From Parcubacteria group bacterium (GTDB taxonomy: Bacteria > Patescibacteriota > JABMPQ01), in contig JABMPQ010000038.1 in the NCBI GenBank assembly GCA_013202585.1, forward strand, positions 1 to 53,391: 53,391 bases of DNA. The letters are read 5' to 3'. The notes beneath the pieces were generated by a model, which ran no database searches, was not told where the DNA came from, and saw only the letters and a program-made list of their open reading frames with translations. Numbering within the stretch: the stretch's first letter is position 1; the number at the start of each line of letters is the position of its first letter. The position numbers and the translations under genes are program-made. Of this stretch, positions 35,731-45,232 are shown piece by piece.

Positions 35731-38700
35731 TTAATCTCTACCTCGACTTCCCACCACACCAGAAGCGAAAACTAACACCAAAGCAGCAATACTTAAAGTA
35801 ATAAATACGTTAAAGACATTGCGTACACTATCGGGAACAAAGCTTTCAATAAAGCTCTTAGCTCCCGACACTCCGCCAGCTGTGCTATCCTCTGTCACCT
35901 TTATTGTTACAGTTGTTTCGCTGCCCTCTAGCTTTTGTCCCTTATCATCCAGGCTATCAATTTGCACTTTTATCACTTCGGATGTTTGTTTCTTGTCACC
36001 CGCGGTAAACTCCATGATGCCAATCCGGTTAGTCGTAGTTGAGGTATCCACCTTTTCACCGTTCCGGTACCAAGTATAAACAAATTTTTGTTTGTTGACT
36101 GGCAGAAAATACTGGGCGGTAGCCTTTACTTCCACCTTCGTCCCCCGCTTGGCGCTATAAGTGACGGTGCCATCTTTTTGAGTCGGCCCTTTAGAGAATC
36201 CTTTGGCTGGTTTTAATTCAGCGTAAGCAGCTAATACTTTAATACCTTCTCGTTTACGAGCAACTAGCTTATTACTCCCATCGTAAACTTTAACTTCAAC
36301 ATAATGACTGTCCTTCCCGCGTGGATCGGAAGGGCTAGTACCTTTGTCGTTGACTGAGGCAACCGCACCAGCAGTTGGTTCTACTTGAATTGATTTAAAA
36401 TCTTTACCTTTGCCACTTTTGTCTTTCTGTTCCACACCATCAACTGACCAACGATAAGTTAAGTTATCAGCAAACCTTTTCTGCTTAACTTCCTTGCTAT
36501 CGTTGAGAGACGTTTTAGCTCCCGTCTCCACCCCACAAGCACCTTCATCATAACCATCAAGCTCGGCAGTATACTTTACCTTATCGTACTGACGGACACC
36601 TCCTTTATCGCTAGTATTTACGTCTTTCTTAGATTTATCATCGGCAGGATCACATTTGCCGAGTTTTTGGGGATTATCATTACAGACAACTTCTTTCATA
36701 AAACTCAGATCCATCAAAATTGGGATCTCCGCTGTAGCCATCGTAGTCTGCGCTGTTGTCGGATCGGTGACTTCCAGCATCACTTTAGCCCCCACACAAG
36801 GCTGACTTACTCCTTGGCTGGCGGTAAACTCCAGAGAACTTTTACCAAACCCAGATTGCTTGCCAAGCGCCTCGGCCATTGCAAAGTAGGTTGGGTTACA
36901 AGGACAAGCCTCACTGGAATACTGACTGCCAGTCGCGCTTGGTACTGGATAATCATTAAGATACCACTGATAGAAGAGAGAGTCAGGATCAACGTTTTCT
37001 AGGTTACCAACTGCTGCTTTAACTAATACTTTATTATCAGCAATGGTAACATTGCTCGGCGTAACGGAAAGCATTACTTGCAGTGACAGCCCGCCGCCTT
37101 CTTTCATTAGAGTTTTCGAATCCGCCCGAACAAAATTAACTTCGCCCTTATAAAGAGATCGAGTGCTTTTACCATAAGAACGAACTACTACGGAATAATC
37201 CTCGCCCGTTTTAATTTTATTGAGTTTCAGACTAACTGTGTTCTGCTCCATGCCATAGAAATCAGCCGCATCTGAAACGCCATCGTTGTCAGTATCAGCT
37301 ATCGTGGGATCAGTGCCAGCCACAAATTCAAAGTAATTACTGCCATCACCGCCCACTTTATTTTTAGAACGTTCCACACCTGGTCCAATCCCTAAAGTTT
37401 TCATATCTATGAAGGTGGTTCTAGACAACTGCTGATAATACACCGAGAAGTCGATAGTATCATCATCCCAATCGTCCCCCGCCCGCACCGAATCCAAGAA
37501 ATCTCTTAATTCTTGTGGGTGGAGGGTACCGTCAGTAGTATTACAGCAAGGAGGGAAATAAACTTCTGGTTCCGATTCATCCTCATCACTCTCACCCCTG
37601 TCAATTATCTTGCCAGCCAACTCACCAAAATACTTCATTTCCCACAGATCCGGCATACCATCATCATCCCTATCTTTGTATCCTACTGTCCCAGTTGCTT
37701 CCACCATTTTACCTTCTTTCGGATCATTAGCTTCAGTGTCGTCAAGTTTGGTAAAGACACGCGATAGGTTTATTCTACTGCCACGACTCCCTTTATTTAT
37801 TCCATCTCTGTTGCCCTGCCAATCTTCTTCCTTGCTAGCCCATTTACCTCTATATATCAGCAAAAGAGCCTGACCAAAGGCCTGCAGGTTGTCATGGTCG
37901 CAGGGCTCGCCAGCGCCACTATAGGAATACTGTGTTATATTGAACGAATCTTCGTAATCCTTCACACAAGCATCATACGAATAATTCTGTGGTATACGCG
38001 GAGGGTTGCCCCCAAAATTGCCCTGCCAGTATTTTACAAACTCTCCGGCATCATAAGTTACTTGAGGGAAACTCTTGTATCTCACTTTTACTTTATTTAC
38101 TCCATTCTCTTTTTTTCTTTTATTCCAGAGAACGTCTATACTTTCGGAAGAAGAAGCTATCTTGCCTATCTCTTCATAGGAAAAGGACTCATAAATAACA
38201 TATAGATCCTGATCAGTCGGGCAGCTAGCCGCTATTTTATTATTAGCCTTACTCCACTCGACCGCTTCGTATCCCAAATTGGCCATCTTTTTTAGATAAG
38301 TGCTAGTGTAGCTCTTATCTAGACAACGATACGAACCAACACTATCAGTAGTAAAAGCAGTTTTTTCTTTACCTAGAGGGTCAGGCAAATTGTCATCCTT
38401 CTCGGCCATTTGGTAATTAGAGCCCCGGGTAGGCATTCTATCAGCTATTATGCGAGGGCTGCTGAATGAAATGTTGTTCACACCGATCATCGCCGCAATT
38501 CCCTCTTGAACCAACATGGTATAATACTGATCATGCGAATAAACAAAACCATACTTATCAAAACGACTACCGTATGTATCCGTCACCATCTGACTTCTAA
38601 TTAGGCCAGAATCATGCCAACCCTGCGAACCTATCGGCCAGGGCGGGGATTGACAAAGGCCCTCGCCACCATAAAGCCGTCCCCATTGGTTGGTTATCTT

Positions 38701-39162
38701 GGGAACATATTTAGCGTTAAATACTTTCTTTTGCTTACGAAAACTCTTGCCTTTGCTATCTTTCTCAATTGTTTCTACATAAACCTCCTCGACATCTTTA
38801 CTGTTTTTCTTCCTAACTATTTCCGTCCCATCGGGATACTCTATACCCTTCCAATCGACTACTGCCATCGTAATTTTATCAGATGACCCAGCATAGAAAG
38901 TATTAAGCGGTTTGCCGTCAATACACCAATTATCAAAAACACCACTACCTAAGAAATTTTCGTGCTCAGCCATCATAGAAATTTTGGCACCGGGGTGAAC
39001 GGTTTTGGGTATCGTTTTTATTTTCACTGTCGGATAAGCTGGCTTTGCAACTTCATCAGCTGCCTGGGTAATACCAAACACGGCCATTGTCCCGACAGCC
39101 AATCCGATAGCTAAACAGCTAGCCAACACTACATATTTGTATTTTTTCAAGAAATCTCGCAT
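35731..39162 (-). CDS. 1143-aa secreted surface protein with a C-terminal membrane anchor (adhesin-like), function unknown
   Basis: N-terminal signal/TM, C-terminal TM (VFNVFITLSIAALVLVFASGVVG). Internal acidic Ca-binding-like motifs (DRDDDGMPDLWEMKYFG, DTDNDGVSDAADFYG) and a beta-rich C-terminal half. Confidence 0.75.
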   Translation of the reverse strand: MRDFLKKYKYVVLASCLAIGLAVGTMAVFGITQAADEVAKPAYPTVKIKTIPKTVHPGAKISMMAEHENFLGSGVFDNWCIDGKPLNTFYAGSSDKITMAVVDWKGIEYPDGTEIVRKKNSKDVEEVYVETIEKDSKGKSFRKQKKVFNAKYVPKITNQWGRLYGGEGLCQSPPWPIGSQGWHDSGLIRSQMVTDTYGSRFDKYGFVYSHDQYYTMLVQEGIAAMIGVNNISFSSPRIIADRMPTRGSNYQMAEKDDNLPDPLGKEKTAFTTDSVGSYRCLDKSYTSTYLKKMANLGYEAVEWSKANNKIAASCPTDQDLYVIYESFSYEEIGKIASSSESIDVLWNKRKKENGVNKVKVRYKSFPQVTYDAGEFVKYWQGNFGGNPPRIPQNYSYDACVKDYEDSFNITQYSYSGAGEPCDHDNLQAFGQALLLIYRGKWASKEEDWQGNRDGINKGSRGSRINLSRVFTKLDDTEANDPKEGKMVEATGTVGYKDRDDDGMPDLWEMKYFGELAGKIIDRGESDEDESEPEVYFPPCCNTTDGTLHPQELRDFLDSVRAGDDWDDDTIDFSVYYQQLSRTTFIDMKTLGIGPGVERSKNKVGGDGSNYFEFVAGTDPTIADTDNDGVSDAADFYGMEQNTVSLKLNKIKTGEDYSVVVRSYGKSTRSLYKGEVNFVRADSKTLMKEGGGLSLQVMLSVTPSNVTIADNKVLVKAAVGNLENVDPDSLFYQWYLNDYPVPSATGSQYSSEACPCNPTYFAMAEALGKQSGFGKSSLEFTASQGVSQPCVGAKVMLEVTDPTTAQTTMATAEIPILMDLSFMKEVVCNDNPQKLGKCDPADDKSKKDVNTSDKGGVRQYDKVKYTAELDGYDEGACGVETGAKTSLNDSKEVKQKRFADNLTYRWSVDGVEQKDKSGKGKDFKSIQVEPTAGAVASVNDKGTSPSDPRGKDSHYVEVKVYDGSNKLVARKREGIKVLAAYAELKPAKGFSKGPTQKDGTVTYSAKRGTKVEVKATAQYFLPVNKQKFVYTWYRNGEKVDTSTTTNRIGIMEFTAGDKKQTSEVIKVQIDSLDDKGQKLEGSETTVTIKVTEDSTAGGVSGAKSFIESFVPDSVRNVFNVFITLSIAALVLVFASGVVGSRGRD

Positions 39163-39206
39163 GCCTTTATTTTACTTTATTTTACTGATCTCGCAAAGGA
39201 AAAATG

Positions 39207-39863
39207 TTAACCAGCAACTTCTGCTATAGATTTTGCCCATTTCTCTATTTCTCCGTAGATTGATATTAGAAAAATTAAAATCGCTGCTATGGGTATAGCA
39301 TAAAGCAACGTTTTGCCAATAGCAGCTCCGAGAACAGGTAAAACTACATTTGCTATAAACCAGCGGAAAGCCTGTTTTAACAGCTTGGCTCCTATTTTCC
39401 CTAAGGCCTTGCCCATCTGGGAACCTTTTTTTATTGAACTTTTAGCTAGTTTTTTACCACTTTTCGCTACTACTTTCCGCGCTTGCTGCGCCCGTTGTCC
39501 TTGATTCCTTCTCAGCTCCTCGGCTTGAGCTTGAGCCTGCATATAATAAAATTCTTCATCCATAGCCATAGCCCCGCCATCAGGTTCTAAGTTAGCAGTC
39601 GTAATAGTCTTGGCGATATTACAGCCCGGCCGAGAACCTGTTTCTTCGCCCGCCACCAGCTCGGCAATAGCTTCGATGTCTTTATACTCATTTAGCTGAT
39701 TATATCGATAGCGCCGCCAGACTTTCAACCATCGCCGAGCTGGTAGATAACTACTTAAACCTAGCTTATTCTTTTTTTTATTTTTCAACTTCAAAGACCG
39801 GAAATACTCGGTAAAGTGTTCCTCCCTCTCTGATAGACTTATGTTGTTGTTTACTTCAGCCAT
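39207..39863 (-). CDS. hypothetical membrane protein (basic cytoplasmic N-terminus, two C-terminal TM helices)
   Basis: 218 aa with a Lys-rich central region and the C-terminal segment FIANVVLPVLGAAIGKTLLYAIPIAAILIFLISIY. Confidence 0.55.
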   Translation of the reverse strand: MAEVNNNISLSEREEHFTEYFRSLKLKNKKKNKLGLSSYLPARRWLKVWRRYRYNQLNEYKDIEAIAELVAGEETGSRPGCNIAKTITTANLEPDGGAMAMDEEFYYMQAQAQAEELRRNQGQRAQQARKVVAKSGKKLAKSSIKKGSQMGKALGKIGAKLLKQAFRWFIANVVLPVLGAAIGKTLLYAIPIAAILIFLISIYGEIEKWAKSIAEVAG

Positions 39864-39878
39864 AAAGTCGAAAAATTA

Positions 39879-39945
39879 CTTGCGAAGTGAGTGAGATCCC
39901 GATCTGATCGGGACGAATGAGCAAGCGAACAAGAGACAGAGTCTC
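39879..39945. repeat. GC-rich intergenic patch with small hairpins (tcccgatc-t-gatcggga; gagac-aga-gtctc)
   Basis: Inverted repeats read directly at 39897..39913 and 39933..39945, in an otherwise AT-rich spacer between two operon genes. Confidence 0.4.
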
Positions 39946-40668
39946 TTATTTCCAAAAAGCTCCGTCTAACTTCCACTCCTTACTTTCTTTAACAAAATAC
40001 ATTTCTAATAATTGATAATCTTTTTGGGGTGATTGAGTTACTTCGGTAATTTCTTCCTGTTGGCAAGTAACCAATACTTTATAGCTGGTTGAGCCAGAAT
40101 CTATGGCTGCTGAAGATAAAGCCTTAGTAGTAATGCCATAAAAGGCGCCGTCACTGGTAGTAGAGGCTGATCCGGACGTTTTGCCGTCTATCCAAGCTGC
40201 CATTTTTTGCGAAGCATAAGGTTTTATGTCCTGCAAGTTTTTAAAGGGCTGCTTGTCCTTATTAGTATAAGTGCCATATATTTCTGCCAAAGTCTCAGCT
40301 AATTTCAAAACCTGACTTTCTTCAGTTGAGCTAGACTGAGTATCAGTGGTAGACAAGTTGGTTTCATTGGTACTAATAGTGGCGTTAGTAGATTCTTCCG
40401 TCGTATTAGTTTCGGTGGTGTTGGTGTCAGTGGCGGTCTCTTCAGTATCCTGCCCTTCGTCCGTGGTATTAGTGTCGGTAGTACTCTCAGTATCCAAAGA
40501 CGGCGAGGTAAATGTCACCTCCTCGTCTGGACTATTAGTAACAACCTCGTCAGTAGTAGCTGGCGCTTCTTCATCTTTTTTACAGCCGAAAGCAGCCAAC
40601 AGCACGACCAGCAAGCAAGCTATGACTGTCGGGATAATTTTAGGAGTGTTGATTTTTTTCTGTAACAT
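39946..40668 (-). CDS. lipoprotein with a Thr/Glu-rich linker and a C-terminal globular domain, hypothetical
   Basis: Lipobox VVLLAAFGC, a low-complexity T/E/S-rich 90-aa linker, and a C-terminal domain of about 120 aa. Confidence 0.7.
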   Translation of the reverse strand: MLQKKINTPKIIPTVIACLLVVLLAAFGCKKDEEAPATTDEVVTNSPDEEVTFTSPSLDTESTTDTNTTDEGQDTEETATDTNTTETNTTEESTNATISTNETNLSTTDTQSSSTEESQVLKLAETLAEIYGTYTNKDKQPFKNLQDIKPYASQKMAAWIDGKTSGSASTTSDGAFYGITTKALSSAAIDSGSTSYKVLVTCQQEEITEVTQSPQKDYQLLEMYFVKESKEWKLDGAFWK

Positions 40669-40682
40669 ATATTTATTTGAAA

Positions 40683-42647
40683 CTAAGCGTCTGCGGACAT
40701 TTCTTCTGGTTCTGCCGGCTCCCCACCTGGTTCTGCCGATCCTTCTTTTTGCTTTTGGGAGTATTCTTGCTTAGCTTTTTCAATTTCCAACATTTGACGT
40801 GGGTCAGTGGTAATAACTTGATCCTCTGAATAAGAAGCTACTACTTTCATCGCCACATGCTTTGGTCCGGCAAAAAATATCCCTTCCCCAACGTCAGATT
40901 CCAGTAATAAATACTTTTCTTGTTCGGTTAGGTGGAAAGTTTTGGTCAAAACATCGATGCTGGCTGGTGACTGCTTCATTAGTATCTGCATCGCCGAATT
41001 AGTCACAATCGCTTTGCCATAATCGGAGGTCAGAAAGTCATTAACATCCTGGCTGATAGTCGTTAGGCCAACGTAATATTTACGACCTCTCTTGGCCAAG
41101 CTAAACATGAAGCGAGCCGAGTCCTCATATTGCATCATCCACCAAGCTTCATCAACCACGATCATTCGTTTTTTCAGCTGCGCCCGGACAATATTCCAAA
41201 TATAATTAAGCACCACGTACATCGCGATCGGTCGTAATTCATCTTCCAAGTCACGGATACTGACCACTACCAAGCCCGTATCTAGATCAACATTAGTCAG
41301 TTCATTAAATAGGCCAGCAAAAGTTCCCTCGGTATATTTTCTAACTCGGGGTATCAGGTCTTCTGTCCCCGACATTCCTTCTAAAATATCCTGAAAGTCT
41401 TTCATTGTCGGCGGGGTTATCTGTGATAAATCGCTATCGCCAGTAATATCACGTTTAGCATATGTCTCATTCAAAGCTTGATCAATTAAAGCGTCCTCTT
41501 CTTTCGTCATCCGCCCTAACATCAAACGCAATAAACCTTTTAAATTGATGACGGCGGAACGAATAATATCCTTGGTAGTCATATCAGATACGGCTGGTGG
41601 TAAATCAAAAGGATTAATCCGATACTTAGAATCAAGTGATACTCGCAGAAAAGTGCCACCGACCGCTTCAGCTAAATATTTATACTCATTTTCCGGATCA
41701 ACCACAATGACATCGGTGCCAAACATCAAGCTACGCAGAATTTCCAGTTTGACCGCATAACTTTTGCCCGCTCCCGAAGTAGCAAAAACAACTGAATTAG
41801 CATTTGGTAAAGAAAAGCGATCAAACAAGATCAGGCTATTATTATGGCGGTTAATACCATACAAAATTCCCTCGTTAGAAGTTAGTTCGGAAGAAACAAA
41901 GGGATAAGAAGTAGACAACGGACTAGAATTCATACTATTAATGATTTTGAGTTCGTCCTTGCCATAAGGTAAAGTAGAATTGAAACCTTGTTCCATTTGG
42001 AAAACAGCTTTCTTAGAATAAATTAGGCGTTGGCCCAACATACTTTCAATCGTTTTTGTCTTTTCTTCTAAGTCTTTTTTAGTACCAGCGTAAAGAGTGA
42101 TGTAAAGAGCAAAATAGAAAAATCTTTCCGTCCCTTGCACTAACTTGTCACGTAATTCTTCTACATCCTGTATAGCAGTTTGCAACATGGGATCACGTAC
42201 TTGGCCTTTTTCTGCCTGCGCCGAGATGGTTGATTGAATCTGACCAGTCTTGCCTTTCAACGTTTTCAATATCTGTTGCGTTTCTACCGGTGTGATGAAC
42301 ATAGCCACGTCTAGTTCTTCGTTAAGGTTGACTATCGGAGCAAACCAGCCCGTGGTGACATAGCGTGGGTAGGTGAAGACAAATAACGTCCGCACAAATT
42401 GCTGGTTAAGGCGAATGTGGTCCGCTTCGATTTTCATGGCTGCCGGGGCAATAATATCCCGAACGGTTACTACCCCTTTCCGGAAAATTTCCTCCGTTTT
42501 CAGGAGTTGCTTCTTTTCCGCCTCGGTCAAATTAGAGAAACTCTTTTTACCAATAGGAACACTAGCAGCGCTGTCATCAACTGGCGGAGGAGCTGCTTCT
42601 ACGGTTGGTTCATTATTTTCCGAAATATTCTGATTATCCATATCCAA
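40683..42647 (-). CDS. VirB4/TrbE/PrgJ-family type IV secretion ATPase
   Basis: VirB4 N-domain pattern (IAPAAMKIEADHIRLNQQFVRTLFVFTYPRYVTTGWF), Walker A FATSGAGKSY, Walker B MIVVDEAWWMM, C-terminal ISQ...D motif region. Confidence 0.9.
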   Translation of the reverse strand: MDMDNQNISENNEPTVEAAPPPVDDSAASVPIGKKSFSNLTEAEKKQLLKTEEIFRKGVVTVRDIIAPAAMKIEADHIRLNQQFVRTLFVFTYPRYVTTGWFAPIVNLNEELDVAMFITPVETQQILKTLKGKTGQIQSTISAQAEKGQVRDPMLQTAIQDVEELRDKLVQGTERFFYFALYITLYAGTKKDLEEKTKTIESMLGQRLIYSKKAVFQMEQGFNSTLPYGKDELKIINSMNSSPLSTSYPFVSSELTSNEGILYGINRHNNSLILFDRFSLPNANSVVFATSGAGKSYAVKLEILRSLMFGTDVIVVDPENEYKYLAEAVGGTFLRVSLDSKYRINPFDLPPAVSDMTTKDIIRSAVINLKGLLRLMLGRMTKEEDALIDQALNETYAKRDITGDSDLSQITPPTMKDFQDILEGMSGTEDLIPRVRKYTEGTFAGLFNELTNVDLDTGLVVVSIRDLEDELRPIAMYVVLNYIWNIVRAQLKKRMIVVDEAWWMMQYEDSARFMFSLAKRGRKYYVGLTTISQDVNDFLTSDYGKAIVTNSAMQILMKQSPASIDVLTKTFHLTEQEKYLLLESDVGEGIFFAGPKHVAMKVVASYSEDQVITTDPRQMLEIEKAKQEYSQKQKEGSAEPGGEPAEPEEMSADA

Positions 42648-42649
42648 AA

Positions 42650-43438
42650 TTAACCAGTATCTATATTAAGTCTCTCTAATTCAGCTAGAACTTCTGTCCC
42701 CGCCAAATCTGGATTGTAATTAGCGTAAAATAATTCTACCGTCTCTTGCGTATCTAACTTAGCAGCTCGAATGCCCATTCCTCGTAATCCTCCTACTACC
42801 TGAGTAACCCGTTGGTTTAATTCTTGAATGGCTTTATCATAATTGGTTATTTCCATTTTGACTTCCTTGGCCGGAGCTACCATCTGCTTAGCCCGTTCTA
42901 CTACTGACATTCCTCCAATTTTAGGTGCTCCCATATAAGGAACCACTACATAATAGTGATTAGTGGTGATATTGGACATCTCTACTAGTTGCTTGATATA
43001 TTCTCGGTATTCAGCTATCTGCATCCGCAACAGTTCGTTCTCTTGCATTTTTTCCGATTCACCTAGCTTGGTTAGATAAGCTTTGATGTTCAAGATTCGT
43101 GACTGCACGATGATTTGGATGGGGAACTCTAGAGAGTTAAGAAAATCCTGATAGCCAAAAACCATTGATTTCTGCTCATCTTCTGACATCAGGGCGAAAT
43201 TCACCGAGGAAGCCATGACAATTGAACGATAACTACCATCGTTCAATTCTACTACTCCATCTTTTATCCCTTTAATTTTTAAATATTTCTGGGTGCTCAC
43301 TCCCGCTTTACTGGCAGAGCCACTGGAACTGCTTTGACCGGGCAAAAGCTGCGTCAGGGAAGAAAAAAATGACTTTTTCTTGGCTGGCGGTTTTTTGCTT
43401 TTCTCAGCTGGCTTCGGTTGTGTTGGTTGATCAGGCAT
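42650..43438 (-). CDS. VirB4 N-terminal-domain-like protein without an ATPase domain (hypothetical T4SS accessory protein)
   Basis: IKDGVVELNDGSYRSIVMASSVNFALMSEDEQKSMVFGYQDFLNSLEFPIQIIVQSR resembles the N-terminal region of Gram-positive VirB4 homologs; this is pattern recall, not a search. No Walker motifs. The stop is 2 nt from the VirB4 start. Confidence 0.55.
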   Translation of the reverse strand: MPDQPTQPKPAEKSKKPPAKKKSFFSSLTQLLPGQSSSSGSASKAGVSTQKYLKIKGIKDGVVELNDGSYRSIVMASSVNFALMSEDEQKSMVFGYQDFLNSLEFPIQIIVQSRILNIKAYLTKLGESEKMQENELLRMQIAEYREYIKQLVEMSNITTNHYYVVVPYMGAPKIGGMSVVERAKQMVAPAKEVKMEITNYDKAIQELNQRVTQVVGGLRGMGIRAAKLDTQETVELFYANYNPDLAGTEVLAELERLNIDTG

Positions 43439-43490
43439 TTATAAAATAAATTTGAATTTCTGTCCTGAGCGAAGTCGAAGGATGGAATTT

Positions 43491-43910
43491 TTACGCTCTG
43501 TCTAACGTGTTGGAAATATCCTGCAATTTGCTCTTCACTAATCGTCTACCTCCTGGTAAAACCATTGTCTCTATCTCCTTTTGAACTGTGACTTTTTTTT
43601 CTTTGGAAAGGGTTTTGATTTTATCGAGGGCTGGTTCCCGAAACCAAACTCGCAAGCGCGGGTTGGTGTGGAAATGAATAAAGGAAACTAGAAAAATCTG
43701 AAAAGGTCGGCCGTTAATTTTGACAAAGGAGAAAGTAACTACTATCACCACCACTATCAGAGCCAGAATAACAAACAGGCTCAGATCAGCTAGAGACCAA
43801 GCAATCAGGAGGGTTACTCCCCCGGCCACCATATATAAAAACTGGCGCACTGTCAGCGGGCCAATCACCTTATCCTCAACTTCAATGAATTGGGGGACAG
43901 CAAATTGCAT
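43491..43910 (-). CDS. PrgI-family (VirB3-like) two-TM T4SS protein
   Basis: MQFAVPQFIEVEDKVIGPLTVRQFLYMVAGG followed by two TM helices, which is the characteristic PrgI family signature. ATG 43910 is preferred over the GTG 43940 extension. Confidence 0.7.
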   Translation of the reverse strand: MQFAVPQFIEVEDKVIGPLTVRQFLYMVAGGVTLLIAWSLADLSLFVILALIVVVIVVTFSFVKINGRPFQIFLVSFIHFHTNPRLRVWFREPALDKIKTLSKEKKVTVQKEIETMVLPGGRRLVKSKLQDISNTLDRA

Positions 43911-43928
43911 GGGAGGGGTATTAGGTTG

Positions 43929-43967
43929 CCCGCCCGCCACGGCTTCGCCGTAGGCGAGTCGGGCGGG
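43929..43967 (-). promoter_or_regulatory. very GC-rich nested hairpin between ORF 43974..45191 and the PrgI-like gene
   Basis: cccgcccg (43929..43936) / cgggcggg (43960..43967) enclosing tcgcc-gta-ggcga (43945..43957). Confidence 0.4.
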
Positions 43968-43973
43968 TAGGAG

Positions 43974-45191
43974 TTAAAATATCCTACTAATTTCCACGAC
44001 CGCTTTGAATTCGGCTTCGGTTAAATAGGGTTGGTTATTTTGTTGACATTCGGCTGCAACTTCCCGGATCGGTTTTTTCGTTTTCATACTAGCCTCGCCC
44101 ATTGCGATATACAGCCTATAGAGCGGAGATTGTTGCCAGTTATTTTTGGCCTGGCTTTTTTCTAAAGGGGAAACGCCAATGAGTTTGATAATTTGTCGCT
44201 TGATCTGCTCAGCCGCCTGATGGGGATCGGGAGATAGTCCCTGCAAATATCCCACTGACAAATTAGCTATGCTAGCAACTGAGTTTATAGTAAACTTTTC
44301 CGGCGCTGGTGAGGCTGGCTTTTTTACCACCTGATCGCCTTTAGTGTCTTTGAGATCAACTACACTGGGTTGGGGTCGTCCGGTTGACACTGGCTGCTTT
44401 CTAGCCGCGCCAGTTGGTTCGCTGGCAGGCGGCTTGGCGGCTTTAGATTTTATAGCTGCCTCCGGCCGAGCTGGGCTGGATTCTAGCCCAACAAACGGGG
44501 CAAATATTTCTAACCCCCAATTATCAAGCGCGCCCACCTCCCAAGAAGATATTTTTAGTAGATCATAGAAATATAGTGTGTCGTGCAAAAGATTTTTCTC
44601 TTCTTCATTCAACCCCTGGCAACTGGGACTCTGAGCAATATATCGGTTTCGCTCTATACTTTTATGGAAACCAGCTCCTAAGAAATTATCATAGTTCGCG
44701 ATCCAGTTTCTGACCTGAGAAGGTTTTTGTTCTCCTTCGGATCTAACAGTAATTTGCTTATCACCAATCTGCTCCCTATTTTCCTTAAGGCTGGCAACAA
44801 TTTTTTTCTTGTAATCGTCACGTACTTCTATTGGAATGCTCATGAGCTTTGTCCTAACCCGCTCAAAGATATCTCTTTCCTTATTGCCCAAAAACTCAAC
44901 GAAGTGACTGCTGATAAAATCCAATACTTCCTGATCAACCAAGGCGGCCAGAGCCACGAATTGAAATTGCACCAACACTTGGTCATATTTCTTAGAAAGA
45001 TCTGGGTCGCTAGCTTTGATGTTAAGTTCGGACAACTTTTTTTGCAGCAATCGAACCATATCATAGGCGTCATCTATGGTATTGTCCCTAAGAAAATCGC
45101 GATACAACTTCTCCAGCTGTGGCAGGGTATCCTTATCACCAACTCTGGTGATATCTATATTATTTTCTTTTAATGTGTCTTCCAACATCAA
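43974..45191 (-). CDS. soluble hypothetical protein with a central Pro/Lys-rich linker
   Basis: 405 aa with no TM segment. Operon position is between the VirB6-like and PrgI-like genes. I recognise no motif. Confidence 0.6.
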   Translation of the reverse strand: MMLEDTLKENNIDITRVGDKDTLPQLEKLYRDFLRDNTIDDAYDMVRLLQKKLSELNIKASDPDLSKKYDQVLVQFQFVALAALVDQEVLDFISSHFVEFLGNKERDIFERVRTKLMSIPIEVRDDYKKKIVASLKENREQIGDKQITVRSEGEQKPSQVRNWIANYDNFLGAGFHKSIERNRYIAQSPSCQGLNEEEKNLLHDTLYFYDLLKISSWEVGALDNWGLEIFAPFVGLESSPARPEAAIKSKAAKPPASEPTGAARKQPVSTGRPQPSVVDLKDTKGDQVVKKPASPAPEKFTINSVASIANLSVGYLQGLSPDPHQAAEQIKRQIIKLIGVSPLEKSQAKNNWQQSPLYRLYIAMGEASMKTKKPIREVAAECQQNNQPYLTEAEFKAVVEISRIF

Positions 45192-45232
45192 TACTTCTTC
45201 CTTTATTTAATACCAAACTAATTAGCTGATCT

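Noticed and set aside
43911-43940. GTG start at 43940 for the PrgI-like ORF, and similar upstream extensions of gpmI, femAB-like, the SLT fusion, the CorC-like gene and the UbiA-like gene
   Set aside because: The extensions overlap neighbouring genes or structured GC-rich spacers. They add non-conserved residues before the family-typical N-termini, so internal ATG starts were preferred.
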